From Phyllobates terribilis (lineage: Eukaryota): a DNA stretch of 64,000 bases. The stretch is from positions 134,478,001 through 134,542,000 of the forward strand of contig NW_027362764.1 of assembly GCF_046119375.1 (NCBI RefSeq), written 5' to 3'. A model generated the notes under the pieces. The model was not told where the DNA came from and made no database searches. It worked only from the letters and a program-made list of their open reading frames with translations. This document shows, piece by piece, positions 23,776 to 37,321 of the stretch (positions are counted from its first letter, which is position 1; the number at the start of each line of letters is the position of its first letter). A program made the translations under genes and the position numbers.

Positions 23776-26700
23776 ACAATTTAAATTAAAAAGCTTAGAG
23801 CTGCCTCCACCACAGGGGGGCTCGCTCGACCCACCAGCGGACAGGCACCAGTATTGGGAGAGGGGGGCTGGCCATCAGGGTTCACCGCGGCTCTGGCACA
23901 AACCCGGCGACACGGAGGTGGCACGGGCAGGAGCGGACTGGCCGTGTCGGCTTCTCACTTTTTGGATTTTAGAAGGGCATCACATGCCTATATCTGTGTC
24001 TCCCCCTCCTTTTACTCCTCCACCTCTTTTATTTTCGCATGACTATATGTACTTGTCACTTTTCCATGTGTTAGTTGTGTCTTCTGAGCAGTTTGTCAGC
24101 TTTTGGACACCTTTGAAGGTGTTTTCTATGTGTTTCTATGTGTTTTTGTTTGCCTGCCATTGGTTTTAACGGTGTTCGAAGGTGTTCGACGAACAGTTCG
24201 ACGAACAGTTCGGCGAACACACGGGTGTTCGACGAACCGAACCGAACTCGAACACTACGGGGGTGGCTCAACACTACTCAGGACCCTAACACTACATCCA
24301 CTACACCACATTTCCGGGGGACAGGGCGACAATGCTCCTACGGGAGAGCACAACTGTCCCTGATCCCTGGCTGGAGTGGGGGGGCGACCACCTAGAGAGG
24401 GGGAACTAGGTAGTGGATGGGGTGGAGGACGTAGATCCTGGGAGCACTGAGTAAGAGGTATAAAAGTAAGGAACCATTTTGGTTCAAAGAGAGAAGTGAG
24501 TTCAGTCAGAGGAGGAGAGTGACAGGAGCTGGGGCTCTGTACGAGCTCTGCTCCACAGGCAGGCCGAGTCGCTAGGCCTGAGCCTGAAGGAGAAGGAAGG
24601 GGAGCAGGAAGGCTCCAGGACAGGAACCGAAGGGACCCTAGGGGTACGGGCCGTGCAGCTGGCACCCATATGCCCGCCGCTGCCAGGAGGTGGGGGGGTC
24701 AGGCCAGAAGAAGGGAACCGGATCCCTCAACCAGCAGAGACTACAGGGCTCAACTGGGAACCGGAGGCTGCAGCACTTCAAGTACAGCAAGCCGTCCACA
24801 CCAGCCACCAGGAAGGTAGCCACATAGGGCCAGGGGACGGAACAAACGTCGCCCGCCAAGGCCCGAGGACACTGGACAGAGGTGCCGCTAGGTGTGAGGT
24901 ACAAGAAGAGAGGCCAGAGAGGACACACTGAAGGGGGTCCTGCTAAATGCTCCAGAGATACCTGAGGGTCGACCGAGCTGCTTACTGCGTGAGCACAGGA
25001 CGCCGTGGGCTCTTACACTGGCCCTGTAAGTGGAACTGCTTAACTGTGAGTATAAGATCTGGGACTGCATCATCTGGACTCTGTGATTCTTCTTACACCG
25101 CTACACCTTGCACCATCACCCCCATCATCCATACCCACTGCCCTGAAGCTACACTCTTCCTGTGGGAAGTTACACTACCTTGCTGCGCATATCACCAGCT
25201 TCAGTGGACTGCTCCGCAGAGGCGGTTCCCAATAACCGCATTCCACAGGTGGCATAGTCGGACTATTTAAACCAGACACACATAGACTACCCTGGTTTGA
25301 CCGCCCTGGGTCACGGACCAGGTCACCGCCACAGTGACTACAACCCCCAGCATTTACAAGGCCCGGCTCCGGGTATCCCCACGGCCTAGGGGGCGCGTCA
25401 ATAATAGATAATGATACATGGTCATCCTATGCTATGATCGGGAATGCGTCCATGGGTAATGTGAGTGGCAACCCCGACTGCAAAAGCAGTCACTAGCCTG
25501 AGAGAATACAGGCAGAAATAACTAAGGTTTTTAAAGCTGTCTGACCATCAGTGATCACAATGTTACGCCATGTCCTAATGATAGTATTGTCCCCGAGGGC
25601 GAGGAGACTTGTGAAGACCATGCCATAACAGGTCCACCATCAATGAGCTGCCCTGTGGTGATCAGCTGTTATTGAAGAGTCAGCTGATGACAAGTCCTAA
25701 GGGAAGGTCAATGCAGAGAAAACAAAGCATTGCACACCGAGTTGTCTCGATAATGTATGAATAAACCAAGTCCTTCAGGGGCCCAGTGGTTTACTGCTCT
25801 GCTTAATATCTTACATAACCTAACATGGATTTTCTTAACTGACAACCCCTTTAAGAACATGTGCATAATGGAAAGACTTCACCTCTCCCTACATGTCTAT
25901 TCTTGTAAATCAAGTAAATATTATATAGTAATACAGAAATTTTATTATATAAATATTATAGTAAATGTTTAATAAAATATAGTAAATTTTGTAAATATTT
26001 TCCATGAAATAATTCTGCATCATCTTTTCTGAAAACTCCGCATTCTGTGGCTCTTCTGTTACTTCTAGAAATGTATGAATACATTAACTAGCTGTTACTA
26101 TGGTATTTGTCAAAGGGGTGTGTCCCTACAGAGTCTGAGGCTGCAGACACATCCGTGTGTCACGGTGCGTAATGCATGGACCCTCCGTAGATCTCCTGAC
26201 CCAGACTCAACAATCTCATAGGCTTATATCAGGCTGTCAAATTTGGGTCAGGAAACCTGCATCCAGTCTGTGCATCAGTCAGTTCTTGGACCGCCAAACG
26301 CTCTGCACTGATTGAGGTGTCAAGGCCCGCTCCCATGGCCATATTTTATGCTATGAGTGCGATCCGACAAAACATCAAATTGCGCTGGGACCAATGTTAA
26401 TCTATGGGGCCGTGCATATGTTCGATTTTTTTTCTTTGGACAGATCCAGTCCGAGGAAAAATTTTCTTCATGTCCGAATTTAATCTGATATTCAGAACAC
26501 ACTCAGCCATTCAAGTCAATGAGTTCATGGAAAGCATTGGACTACACTCGGATGACATCTGACTGAGTGCAGTCCGATTTCCATGGATGGACAGAATGGA
26601 GAGACTATATGCTCATATGCTTCTAGCAGGGTAACACCTTCAATTGGTTATACCTAGTTATCAATTTATTCAGAAACTACAAGAAGGATTTACAGAAGAA

Positions 26701-27747
26701 GGGTAAAACTACTATCAAGAAATTTTATTTTAAGTTGAATGCATTTTTTTTAAATAAAACAGACATGTCACGAGATCTGGTGGATTAAAGACATTCTAGG
26801 ACTAATTTGTTGGATATATCAGTTTTATGGCTCGCTCAGATGAGTACAATCTGATAAAAAGTGCACTCATACCAATGTTTTCAATGAGGCGGTGCAGATC
26901 TGGGTATTTTTTCTCAGCTGTATTCGGCAAGAGACAAAAAATTGCAGCATGCTTCAATTTCAATCTGAAATCTAATGGGTGCGAGAGAAAAATCGCAAGT
27001 TATACGGACCATCCATATGGCATCCAATTTTTACATATATATTACAATTCTGTAATATGGGAAACTGTAAATGGTCCTGTAAATGATTACTAGCTGCTGC
27101 CGTAAAAAATACGGATTGTATATAGATGACAAGTGAGAAAAAAACTGTCCCACTTTTCTGGATGAGAATGGGACTGATTTTTGTGCGCTCGTATGACCTC
27201 AGCCTTATACGTGTATATACTGTAGAGGGAATAATTACTGTACATGTAGAGTTTGCACTGACCGTACATTTGAAGCAAAAGCCTGACTCCTGGATGCGCC
27301 TTTAACTATATATTATAATATGTAGATCACAAGTCAGCAATAGCTCCCTTTAATAAGGGAATAAACTGTTTTTCTTGACATCCTACTCAAGGTGACTGCA
27401 ATGAATGTGATGAATAGTCGGTTAATGTGTAACAGCCGGAAGCTTTGCTTTCAGTCCCCACGACTCACTATTTTGTATTGGGAAGTATAACTCATTAGTT
27501 TTATTAAGTTTCTTTAGCTAGCTTTCAAGGGAAGACGTTCTTTCTCTTGTAATGTGACGACAGCTGTTACCTTGAATACCGTTATAAAAATAGTCACTCC
27601 TTGCATCAAGGCGGGAGGAGGAGGAAAAATAATTGTTTAGAAATGTTCAGCTTTGACTTTGCCAAACTCAGCTGGGTGTGTACAGGCCTGACATGTTCTT
27701 GAACACATTTACTTGTTCTGTTACCAGCAGTTAAAACTTTGTATTAC

Positions 27748-29326
27748 AGGGGTTGTCTGGCCTTGGGATACAAGTCTACAGTCTCTCTATGTGACTGCAG
27801 GCTTGTGAATCCTCACAGAGTGCAGTGTGCTTGCTGTCAGGATTCTCCAGTGCCAGAACCAAGAGCGGGCAGTCATGTGATGGCAAGAATGTGAATTGCA
27901 TATGTGGCGCCCCTGCTGGTTCAGTCGCCACAGAGGTACTGCATCTCACCCAGAGGTGTGGTATCTCACTCTCAGGTAAGGAAGGAGTACTGCCCGGGAC
28001 CCTAACACCTGCATCCAACACTACACTACTCCAGACCAGTAGGAGGGGCAAGATGTGTCGCTTTCCTGCTGAGCCCTGTCCCTGGCTGGAGTGGGGGGAA
28101 CCAAAGTAGGGGGAACCATGTAGTGGGTGTGGGTGGACTAAGTAAATCAGGGGAGCACTTGTTAGGAATAGTATAAAGAGGGAAGCCATCTTGGGTGTGG
28201 GAGTTCAGTCAGAGGAGGACAGTGAGAGGAGCAGGAGCTCTGTAGGAGCTCTGCTGAGGAGGAGGGCCTAGCCCGAGAGGCCCAAGACTGAAGAGAGAGA
28301 GGAGCAGGAGAAAGGCTCCAGGAGTGAAGAAAGGATCCCAGGGGTACGGGCAGTGCTGGAGGCCACCCATATGCCCGAGTCTACCAGGCGGTGGAGGGAT
28401 CAGGTCGCAGAGGGGACCGGCCCCTAACTAGTGAGAATTACAATATTCAACTAGGTAACCGGAGGCTGCAGCATTTCAGGTACTGCAGCCTCAAGCCACA
28501 TCTATCTCACCAAGAAGGTGGCCATAGAGGACCCAGGGGACAGAGAAGACGTCGTCCGGCAAGGTCCGCGGTCACTGGATTGGGACACTAGGTGTGAGGT
28601 GCAGGGAGACGGCCAGAAGGAACACACAGAAGGGGGTCCCGTTATGTACTCTGGAGGTACCTGAGGGTTGGCTGAGCCCCTGCCCGGTGAACGCAGCACG
28701 ATGTGGGAAGTTATGATCTGCAGTTGTAACCAGGAGCAAAGTAAGAACTGTGAGTAAATCCGGAAGACTGCACCCCACTGTCTCCGTCAATTATTACTGC
28801 TGCGCCATCACCCCCTCCACTACACTGCACCACGAGTGCTACTTCTATAACAGCAACATCTACACTGCCCTGGAGCTAAGCTCTACATGTGGAGAGCTAA
28901 ACCAACTCTGCTGCATTAACACCAGCTCCAGAGGACCTGCTCCGCAGCGGCGGCTCCCTATAGCCGCATACCACAGGTGGCGTCACAAACTGTATATAAG
29001 AACTTTAATTCCCCTGTAAATATCCCCTTTTTATTGACCGCCCTGGGTCACGGACCGGGTCACCGCCACTGTGACATCTCCCCTAGCAACGACCGGCTCG
29101 ACACCGAGTACCCCAGGGCCCAGGGGGCGCGTCACATACTTCCAGCCACATTCTGACTTGATGTATCCGGCCTCTCTCATTTCATTTGTGTTGAATGATG
29201 CAACGCACATCTAGTCGGCACTTGATCGTATATATGCGCATGCACCCGCCAGATCCCAGAGAATCCTAACAGTGAGGGCACTGCGCACTGTGAGGATTCA
29301 CAGTACCTCAAGGCCAGACAACCCCT
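27748..29326. mobile_element. T2/Kolobok-like MITE interrupted by a solo LTR
   Basis: AGGGGTTGTCTGGCC / GGCCAGACAACCCCT+TTAA. Confidence 0.75.
27903..29134 (+). mobile_element. Solo LTR, family X
   Basis: TGTGGCGCCCC...GGGGCGCGTCA; TSD CATA at 27899-27902 and 29135-29138. Confidence 0.9.
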
Positions 29327-29809
29327 TTAAATTACATGGTATTTTAGTATATCTGTTTAAAGGGAACCTCCAACGTTAGAGACATTACACATATGCACAT
29401 TGGACACATGCTCCCCGATACACCTTTATAGAGCACAGTACGGTTTTGGATTGGGTGCATAATCGTGGAGATTTAGGCTCTGGCTGCATGGCGATTTTGG
29501 CTGTGACATCGGTTAAGTAGCCAAAAATCTCGCTATGCTGCTGCTATATCCCAGTGTAATGCAGGCAAACAGGTTTGCATTGTGACCCCAGGCTACTGTG
29601 GTAAGCAAAGCACAAAAATCCAACTGGTTCTGACTTTCTCTGCCATGGTCGCAGTACAGGCTGCAATGTGACCCCTTTTCCTTGTGTATAATGTAGCAGC
29701 TGCACAGAGCAATATTTGGCCATATGACCTGTGCTGCAAACAAATTCACCTTATAGCATAAGCCTTGCTAATTTAAGGTCCATGTATGGATTGGCAAGAG
29801 AGGCAACAA

Positions 29810-31004
29810 CAGAAAATACGTTCTTAAGAAAAACTAAGTACACCCTCTTTAAGTTCTATAGTTTTAAGTATCTGAACATAGTGAAAAAAAATGATCTGGT
29901 TCTTAGAAAGCCTTAAAATTAGGTAAATATAACCTCAGATGACAAACTACAGGGTCATTATTTATTTAACAAAAAATAGGCCAAAATGCAGAAGACGGGC
30001 ATGAAAAATTAAGTACACTCCATGAATCAATAGCTTGTAGAACCACGTTAAGGCTATGTGCCCACGATGCAGAAATGCTCCGGATTTTTCCTGAGCGTTT
30101 CTGCATCTCCCTGGCATAAAAAAGCGCATGCGGATTGTACATGCGGATTGTACATGTGTTTTTCCTGCCAGGGACATGAAGATGTGAAGCGTTCTTCACA
30201 TGCATTTCCGCATGCGGGTTGACAATCGCTTTCCAAGCGATTTTAGCATCACTTGGAATGTGCTTGACAACTTGGTCACACTATATAAATCCATGCAACC
30301 GGCATGGATTTATATAGTGTGACCCGAGACAATGTAAAAAAATAAAAAATAAATCTATACTTGCCTTCCGATGGTCCCCGCAGTCTTACTTCGCTTGGTG
30401 CTGACTGCCGGCAGATCGCAGTACACTGCACTGAAGGACCTGCCGACGTCAGCGTCGCGTGACCCGTCACATGACTATGACGTCAGCGCAGGTCCTTCAG
30501 TCCATTGCGATTTGCCGGCAAGGGAGGACGAGCGTACCGGGGGCAATCAGAAGGTAAGTATCATATTTATTTTTTATTTTATTCTTTTTTTTACAGGTTC
30601 TATGGTACCCAGGTCCAGAGGAGAGTCTCCTCTCCTCTAGATCTGGGTACCATCCGCACATTAGAACGCATGGAATGCGCATCTATATATACAGTGATAC
30701 GTAATCCATGCGATCTAATGCAAGTCAATGGTGGCGAAAACGCAGCACTTCCGCAAAATAATTGGTAGTGCTGTGTTTTTTTCCGCAATGATAATCCGCA
30801 GCGGAAATTTCCGCAGCATGTGCACAGCACATGCGGATTATCATTGGGGAACATGGCAGGCCTTCTACCATGCGGTTTTAAGCGTTTCTGCAGCGTTTTT
30901 GCTGCTGCGGAAACGCTTAAAAAAATGCATCGTGGGCACACAGCCTAACAGCAATAACTGAATGTAATCAGATTCAGTATGACTTTATCAGTCTCTCACA
31001 TTGT
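29810..31004 (+). mobile_element. Tc1 5'-end relic interrupted by a Harbinger MITE
   Basis: AAGTACACCC and AATAGCTTGTAGAACCAC..|CAGCAATAACT..TATGACTTTATCAGTCTCTCACA are Tc1-like leader sequences continuous across the MITE. Confidence 0.55.
30052..30945. mobile_element. PIF/Harbinger-like MITE
   Basis: TAA|GGCTATGTGCCCACGATGC ... GCATCGTGGGCACACAGCC|TAA. Confidence 0.85.
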
Positions 31005-31439
31005 CCCGCAAACGCCCAACTTCAGGCTAAACTTGCATCCAACCTACATATCGAGCTAGAGATCTGCCTGTACGATATACATCTCCTAGGGCAATAGGGT
31101 GGCGGTTCTTCTACATGCTTCAGCAAGGAGTCACATACGGAAACACCCTTCATATCTATCTCCCCATTGCAAATGATAGTTGGCCAAACGACCAGCAAAC
31201 CTTACAATTCACTTATCATTTCTCATGACAGTCCTTATAGTTATTCCTATTACTTTCTGTCTATGTAATATAGCAAAATATCCTTGATTATGCTGCAAAA
31301 CTTTTATGGAAAGATTGTGTTCACAGGGCAGAGGCTCATGGAAGGAGAAGGATGATGCTTCTCATTAACCAGTCACAGCTCGGCAGCGGAGAACACTACA
31401 ACTAATAATAATGTAACAAGGAAAGTAGGAAATTCTTAC

Positions 31440-31529
31440 CTTAGTTACACAATGAATATAATTTAGTCTCTGCGAGGTCTCTCTGTCGGGACCAATGTTG
31501 TCACCTTTACTTGTCACAGTTTCCCAAAC
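31440..31529 (-). CDS. Candidate host-gene exon (90 nt, phase 0-0), product unknown
   Basis: CTCATGTTACAG acceptor, strong AAG|GTAAGA donor, open frame VWETVTSKGDNIGPDRETSQRLNYIHCVTK. Confidence 0.4.
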
Positions 31530-31959
31530 CTGTAACATGAGCGCAGGCTCACCTGCAGTGATCCTCCTACCTGCTGGGCCAACCCACCCAGAATTCTCCT
31601 GCCGAGCAGCCTACCCACAGGACAGGGGGAGAATGTGCTGCTCAGCGAGTCAATCAGTAATTTGTATTCCTTAAGTTAGAATGCGAAGGTTGCACTGTTA
31701 AAATGATATGAAGTAGTTAACTGCGTTAGTAAATGATATACAAGAAGATGGAAAAATCACAGCTCGCAATACTACATGAAGGTTAGACTCTGCTAAATAT
31801 GGGAAGTGTATTGTTTCCAAAGCTGTAAATTTGTTGGATTATTACTACATTAGTGCTTGTCTGTCATTTACATGAAGCAATTGTTCCAAATGATAACTTA
31901 GAATTCCCTTGTAAATTACATAAGCAATTAAACCATATTGTGTCAGAGGATTAACCTTA

Positions 31960-32154
31960 GGGAAGAGTCACACAACCATATAACTCAGACAAGGATCGCA
32001 ACGCAATTCTCGGACTGGCCGTCGGCTCTCCCAACTTGAACATGGCAGCATGTGTTTCTATGCCGCTGTCACGTTCGGGTTGGGAGAGCCGACGTCCAGT
32101 CCAAGCATTACGTTGTGATCCTCACCCAAGCCATACGGCCGTGTGAGTCTTCCC
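31960..32154. mobile_element. Small palindromic Harbinger-like MITE
   Basis: GGGAAGAGTCACAC / GTGTGAGTCTTCCC ends, TTA/TGA flanks, hairpin interior. Confidence 0.7.
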
Positions 32155-32235
32155 TGAGGGATAAATCATCAAGTTTGTAACAAGGATTGAAAGGAACTTT
32201 GTGGTCGAGGTCTGGCACCTTTCATAACAGTGAAA

Positions 32236-32500
32236 GCACGGTGGCTCAGTGGTTAGCACTGAAGCCTTGCAGCACTGGGGTTCTGGTTTCAAATCCAACC
32301 AAGGACAACATCTGCAAAGAGTTTGTATGTTCTCCCCGTGTTTGCGAGGGTTTCCTCCAGGTTCTCCGGTTTCCTCCCACATTCTAAAGACATACTAATA
32401 GGGAATTTAGATTGTGAGCCCCAATGGGGACAATGCCGATAATGTCTGTAATGAGATGTGGAATTAATGGTGCTAAATAAGTGAGTAAAATAAATAAATA
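32236..32500 (+). mobile_element. tRNA-derived SINE (V-SINE-like)
   Basis: Box A GTGGCTCAGTGG, box B GGTTTCAAATCC, core GGTTTCCTCC.GG.TCTCCGGTTTCCTCCCACA, (TAAA)n tail. Confidence 0.8.
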
Positions 32501-33628
32501 TGGTATGCCCCCACAGGGAGGCAACCAGCTTGATGGTTACACAGTCTTACATGAGGCTACAAGTTTAATGGTTTTCAGTCTTACATGAGGTAATATGTTG
32601 ACTTGAACAGAGGTAGCCAATTGATATTGCAAAGGGTGAGTTACGCTTGTAATTTGTACAATTTGCTGACACTTGGAAAGGTCTTTGTGACGTCTATAAG
32701 AGGCCACTGGCTCAAAAAGGCTGCCTTGGACATACTTGGCACAAGCCACTTCATCTGGCAGATTCCAGAGGTAAATTGACCTACACCCTTTTAACCCTTG
32801 TTACTGGGATCTGGTCCAACAATGGGGTCCAATGGATTGCTTCCATGGAAGGGCTGCTGTCTGAAGGAGCGAACCAGAGGCAGGGACGGTCGCCAAGTAG
32901 GGTCAGAACAAAGAGGTCACGTCAGGAACAGAATCATAAGACAAGTCAGAAAACAGGAGGAATCAGGAAACCAGCAGAAGCGAGGACTAGCGCACAAGTC
33001 AGGTAGCGAAGACTAATTGATTGGCAGTGGATGTCAGAGACCCAGGCTTTCAAAAGTGCCCCATTCTGTCGATCAGCTGGGGTCTCAGCAGTTGGACCCC
33101 CCAACTGATCTAGAAGTTATCACCTATTCTAATGGAATAATAACCAGAATACCTCTTTAACAACTTATTATCCCTCTACTATGTCCCTCATATATGTACA
33201 AAAAAAATAGCCCTGTACTGGGTAATAATAGTACATTGTGTAAAAAAAGTATATCATGAAGTGATACAAGGATACACATATTTGAAGTTACCAATATGTC
33301 ATCATATTTTTTAATAAATAATGCTGAGAAAACATTTAAAGCAGAAATAAGCAGTCTAGCAACAAAGTAATGCACAAATATACTGATCAGCTGGTTTTCT
33401 ATGCAATATATGTGTAATTATAAGTATACAATGTAATTTTGACATCATACCACATTGCTCCTATCTATCCAGCAGCCGCAGTGCAGACATCACAATCGTC
33501 TAGCTGAATAAGGCGTAACCACATATTACGTGTGACATATAAGCTGGGATGGAGAGTGAAATGCATAATAATGCCTCAGGGAGTGAGAAAGTATGGCTAA
33601 AGAAAAACATATTAACTAATTGCATGTG

Positions 33629-34631
33629 TGACGCGCCCCTGGGCCTTCTGTGTCGTGCGGCATCGCGTGCACGGGGGCTTACCCGGAGCCGGATCAGATG
33701 GGGGTAGTAGTCTCGTGGCGGTGACCCGGGTCCGTGCCCAGGGAGTCAAACTAAGTGGCGAGTCTATTAGCAGTAGATGTTGGATGACTACGCCACCCGT
33801 TGAATGCAGCTTTGGAGCTGCCGCTGCAGGGCAGACCGCTGAGGCCGGTGGAAGGATGGTGCAGCGGGGATGGTATAACCCCCAACGGGAGGGGTATGGC
33901 CTCAGGGCAGCCGACGTGGATGATGGGGGTAGCAGGAACCACTCAGAGACGATGCGTGTAGTTCAGGGTCTTTACTGGTGACAAAGATAGACCCTCCCGG
34001 AGTACTTGCTAGCGATCGGGGCCTGGTCAGTCCTTGAGCAGATGGGATCTCCCCTGGCCAGGCGGAGTTGTAGGCCTTCCCAGCTAACTGTACTCTTCTG
34101 GCTACCTTGCTAGAGGCGGGTAAAAGTAGCCCACGTCCCTGAGTGTACCGTGTGGTGCTCACCCGTATGGCCGGTGACTCGGGGCCTTCTAATGGCTTCC
34201 GCTCCACGATGGCGGTGCTGGTCCCACGCGTGTGACCGTGCCTTTGGGTTTCTGGGCCAGAGGACCTGCAATCCCCTGCCGGTCGGTTTCTGCTGCTGGG
34301 TCTGGGTTAATCCCCACAGCCTCGGACTCCGGGTCCGGTGGTAACTCTTCAATCAGGGCGAGCTCTTCAGCTGCCAGCCCCTGATTCCTTTTAGCACTGC
34401 TCCCACTGAGCTCCTGATCTTTCTTTCCTATGCTGCTTCTCTTCTTCTCTCTGTACCCTTTTCCCTCTCTTAACCCTGCCTCAGCCCCAGGTTTATATAG
34501 GGGAAGTTCTTCCCCTCCCAGGACTGGGCAGGAGGTGTGGCATGCATAAGATCCCTGACCAAGAGACCTCCCACCTGCTCTCAGACATAATATTGCTATT
34601 ATTGTGGAGACCAGACCCCTGGGGTGCCACA
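33629..34631 (-). mobile_element. Solo LTR, family X (same subfamily as 2466-3535)
   Basis: Family termini; TSD TGTG at 33625-33628 and 34632-34635. Confidence 0.9.
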
Positions 34632-36648
34632 TGTGCATGCAAGTGTTAACATGATTTCTTACTTTTACATTTGTGTTCTTTTACTTTATAGGGTTTTCGG
34701 GTTTTAAAAAAAAATTGATGGCTATGAATGTATAATTGGTAATGGCCCCTTCCACTAAAATACTGCAGGTAAGGATCAGCTGCTCTGATGGATATACAAT
34801 AAAAGGGCTGTGGCACTCCAATACTGCTGATCTGTGGGGGTCCATCCAAGGACAGCTACAGCTTCAATCTGATTTACCTCACTCCATTGCTGGAATCACA
34901 GTCACACAGCTCAGTACTGCTGTATAGTGTCTTCCATGCTGTTGCTTCTGTCTGTTTTGCTCACCAAAAAAGTAATTTCCCAAATTCAATCAAGATGATT
35001 TTGCAAAAAATAAGTACAGCCCATTAAAAGTCTTAAGAGCAAAGTGAAAGTTTAGACTACAAAATTCAAATGAACAAGAATTCAACCACGGGTCAGTATT
35101 ATTTTTTATTAAACTGGTCTTCAGCAGACAGGTGACTATAAAATGGTGTTACTTAACAAAGAAAAACATTTCACGCTGTCAGCAATGGCACCACATAGAA
35201 GAGAAGTGCCATAAGACCTGAGAAAGAAAATAATTTCTTTACACAAGAAAAAAGTGATACAAAAATGTTAAAAAGATAGAACTGCATCCATTTCATAGAG
35301 ACATCCAGGCCTACCACGGAAGTTAACACCTAAACAGGAACGTCTTCTGATGAGAAGGATTGAAGAAAAGCAACATTTCATTGATGATATCATGAATTCA
35401 CAGATGTATTTGTGGCGCCCCTGAGGGTTCGGTCGCCACAGAGGTACTGCACCTCACCCAGAGGTGTGGTGTCTCCATTCTCTCAGGTAAGGAAGGAGTG
35501 CTGCACGGAACCCCAACACCTACATCCAACACTACACTACCCCAGGCCAGCAGGAGGAGCAAGACGCAATGTAGTTTTCTGCTGAGCTCTGACCCTGGCT
35601 GGGGTGGGGGGAACCCAAAGTCAGGGGGAACCAGTAGTGGGTGTGGGTGGAGGAAGAAGTTCATGGGAGCACTCATACAGTAAAGATATAAAATAGGGAA
35701 GCCATCTTAGGGTGGCAGTCTAGTAGTTGTTGAACAGCTTGGGAGCAGAGTCTCTCTAGGAGCTCTGCTCCATTTCAAGGGCCCAGGACTGAGGCCCAGG
35801 AGGGGAGCAGGGAGTAGGCTCCGATCTACTGAAGGGATCCTAGGGGGTACGGCGAGTGCAGATGGCACCCGTACACCCCGAACCTGCCAAGTGTCAGCAG
35901 GATCTAGGCCGCAAGAAGGGGATCGGCCCCTGGCCCAGTCGTGCAGCTTCAAGCCTCGGCTGGAAAAACCGGAGGCTTCAGACTTCTATAGCAGAAGCCA
36001 AACTCTCACTTCAATCCAAAGAAAGGTCAAGCAGGTCTGTGCAACTCCAACGGACAGGGGGGACCCCGCAGCACCCAAATAGGATTCACAGTGAGAAGCG
36101 CAGGGCAGGAGGGAGTAAAGACCCAGCGTGAAGTCGGTCTAGGAAGGTACATATGAAAGTGGGGTTCTGCCAGGCACACCTGAGCTGCCTGAGGAAGGAC
36201 TGAACCCCTGCCCTGTGAACGCAGTGTGACGCGGGAGGCTTGCACCAGTACTGTGCACCTGAGGAACTTGAACAGAACTGTGAGTAAACTCGGATGACTG
36301 CACTGAACTGCCTCCGCTCCTTCATTTCGACGGTACCTTTTCCCTCCCTGCACTACTACGCCCAGCACACCTCCTCCATCTTTCCTTACACTGCCCTGAG
36401 GCCTGCTCCACCTCTGGGGAGCCATTCCATCTTAAGCTGCCCTATCATCTGCCTCAGAGGACTGCCGCAATGCTGGTGATCCTCACCAGACACCACAGGT
36501 GGCGTCACGACAATTTTCCCCAACCAAAATATTCCCCCTTTTTGAGTGACCGCCCTGGGCCACGGACCGGGCCAGCCACCGTGATATCCCCCAGCAACCA
36601 GAGGCCCGGCTACCGAGCACGCCACGGCCCTGGGGGCGCGTCATCTTC

Positions 36649-36666
36649 TGGCGTCACGAGCAGGAT
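36649..36666 (+). promoter_or_regulatory. Primer-binding site, tRNA-Ser(CGA)-type
   Basis: TGGCGTCACGAGCAGGAT, 5 nt after the LTR; complementary (about 1 mismatch) to the vertebrate tRNA-Ser(CGA) 3' end as recalled. Confidence 0.8.
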
Positions 36667-37321
36667 GCGTGACCAGCCCGTTATCAGTGGGTATTGTGTG
36701 CCTAAGGACTGTTTTACTACATTAAATGTGGTGCCCACCCCAGAAGAACGGGCGCCATTATGTGCGTGTTCAGAGACAACAATATGGAACCTCCCATCGT
36801 GGGTCGGGTGCCAGAATGGCGCCAAAAGCATACCCTGCCCCTTGCACCAGTGGCCGTCACAGGGAGTGACCGACAGCAAATCGCCATGGGACCGCCCCCA
36901 AAAGAGGAGAGGAGGAGGAGGAGAAAAGGAATGGCGACAGGGTGTGGTCTCGACCCGTCTAGCCAGACCGCATCCGGCAGCCAAGATGGAAGGGAGCAAA
37001 AACCAAGCCTCTGCCTCTGGCCTGCCACTGCACCGAGCCACCCCCTCCACCATGGAGGAAAATATGGAGAAGCTGTCCCCGGAGGACGTGGAGTTCCTCG
37101 AGAGCGAGGTCCTCGAGCTGGGCCAGCAAGTGGAGCGAGCCCAGCAGGCAGCGGTCACCCGGTGGAAAAGTGAGCTGCTGGAGAAACTAGCCGCCCGCCG
37201 GAAAGTGAGACCGGATGCCAGCAGCCGCACACCAGCCCCGGCGGAGCTCGCAGGAAACCAGGAGGCCGTGTGGGACACAGGAGCAGGTAGGAGAGAATCC
37301 CCAGCCCCGACCTGCTCCTGA
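36665..37321 (+). CDS. Internal ORF, 5' part (218 aa from the ATG; predicted coiled coil)
   Basis: MEENMEKLSPEDVEFLESEVLELGQQVERAQQAAVTRWKSELLEKLAARRK heptad-like segment; same frame as the downstream ORF. Confidence 0.5.
   Translation: MRDQPVISGYCVPKDCFTTLNVVPTPEERAPLCACSETTIWNLPSWVGCQNGAKSIPCPLHQWPSQGVTDSKSPWDRPQKRRGGGGEKEWRQGVVSTRLARPHPAAKMEGSKNQASASGLPLHRATPSTMEENMEKLSPEDVEFLESEVLELGQQVERAQQAAVTRWKSELLEKLAARRKVRPDASSRTPAPAELAGNQEAVWDTGAGRRESPAPTCS

Larger units (their letters stand above)
12554..24276 (+). mobile_element. hAT DNA transposon, 11,723 bp
   Basis: Imperfect TIRs TAGAGATGAGC / GCTCAACACTA, exact 8-bp TSD CTCAGGAC (12546-12553, 24277-24284), GTTCG/CGAAC subterminal motifs at both ends. 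Confidence 0.95.
12456..25400 (+). mobile_element. Solo LTR, family X, interrupted by the hAT (12456-12553 + 24277-25400)
   Basis: TGTGGCGCCCC start, GGGGCGCGTCA end, TSD ATAA at 12452-12455 and 25401-25404. Confidence 0.9.

Noticed and set aside
22457-25270. Many 60-212 aa ORFs in LTRs (also at 2.4-3.5, 27.8-29, 33.6-34.6, 35.4-36.6 and 38.7-40 kb)
   Set aside because: GC-rich LTR sequence; frames not conserved between copies
29513-29749. Cys-rich minus-strand ORF as an exon
   Set aside because: Two frames are open, there is no convincing donor site and no recognisable homology
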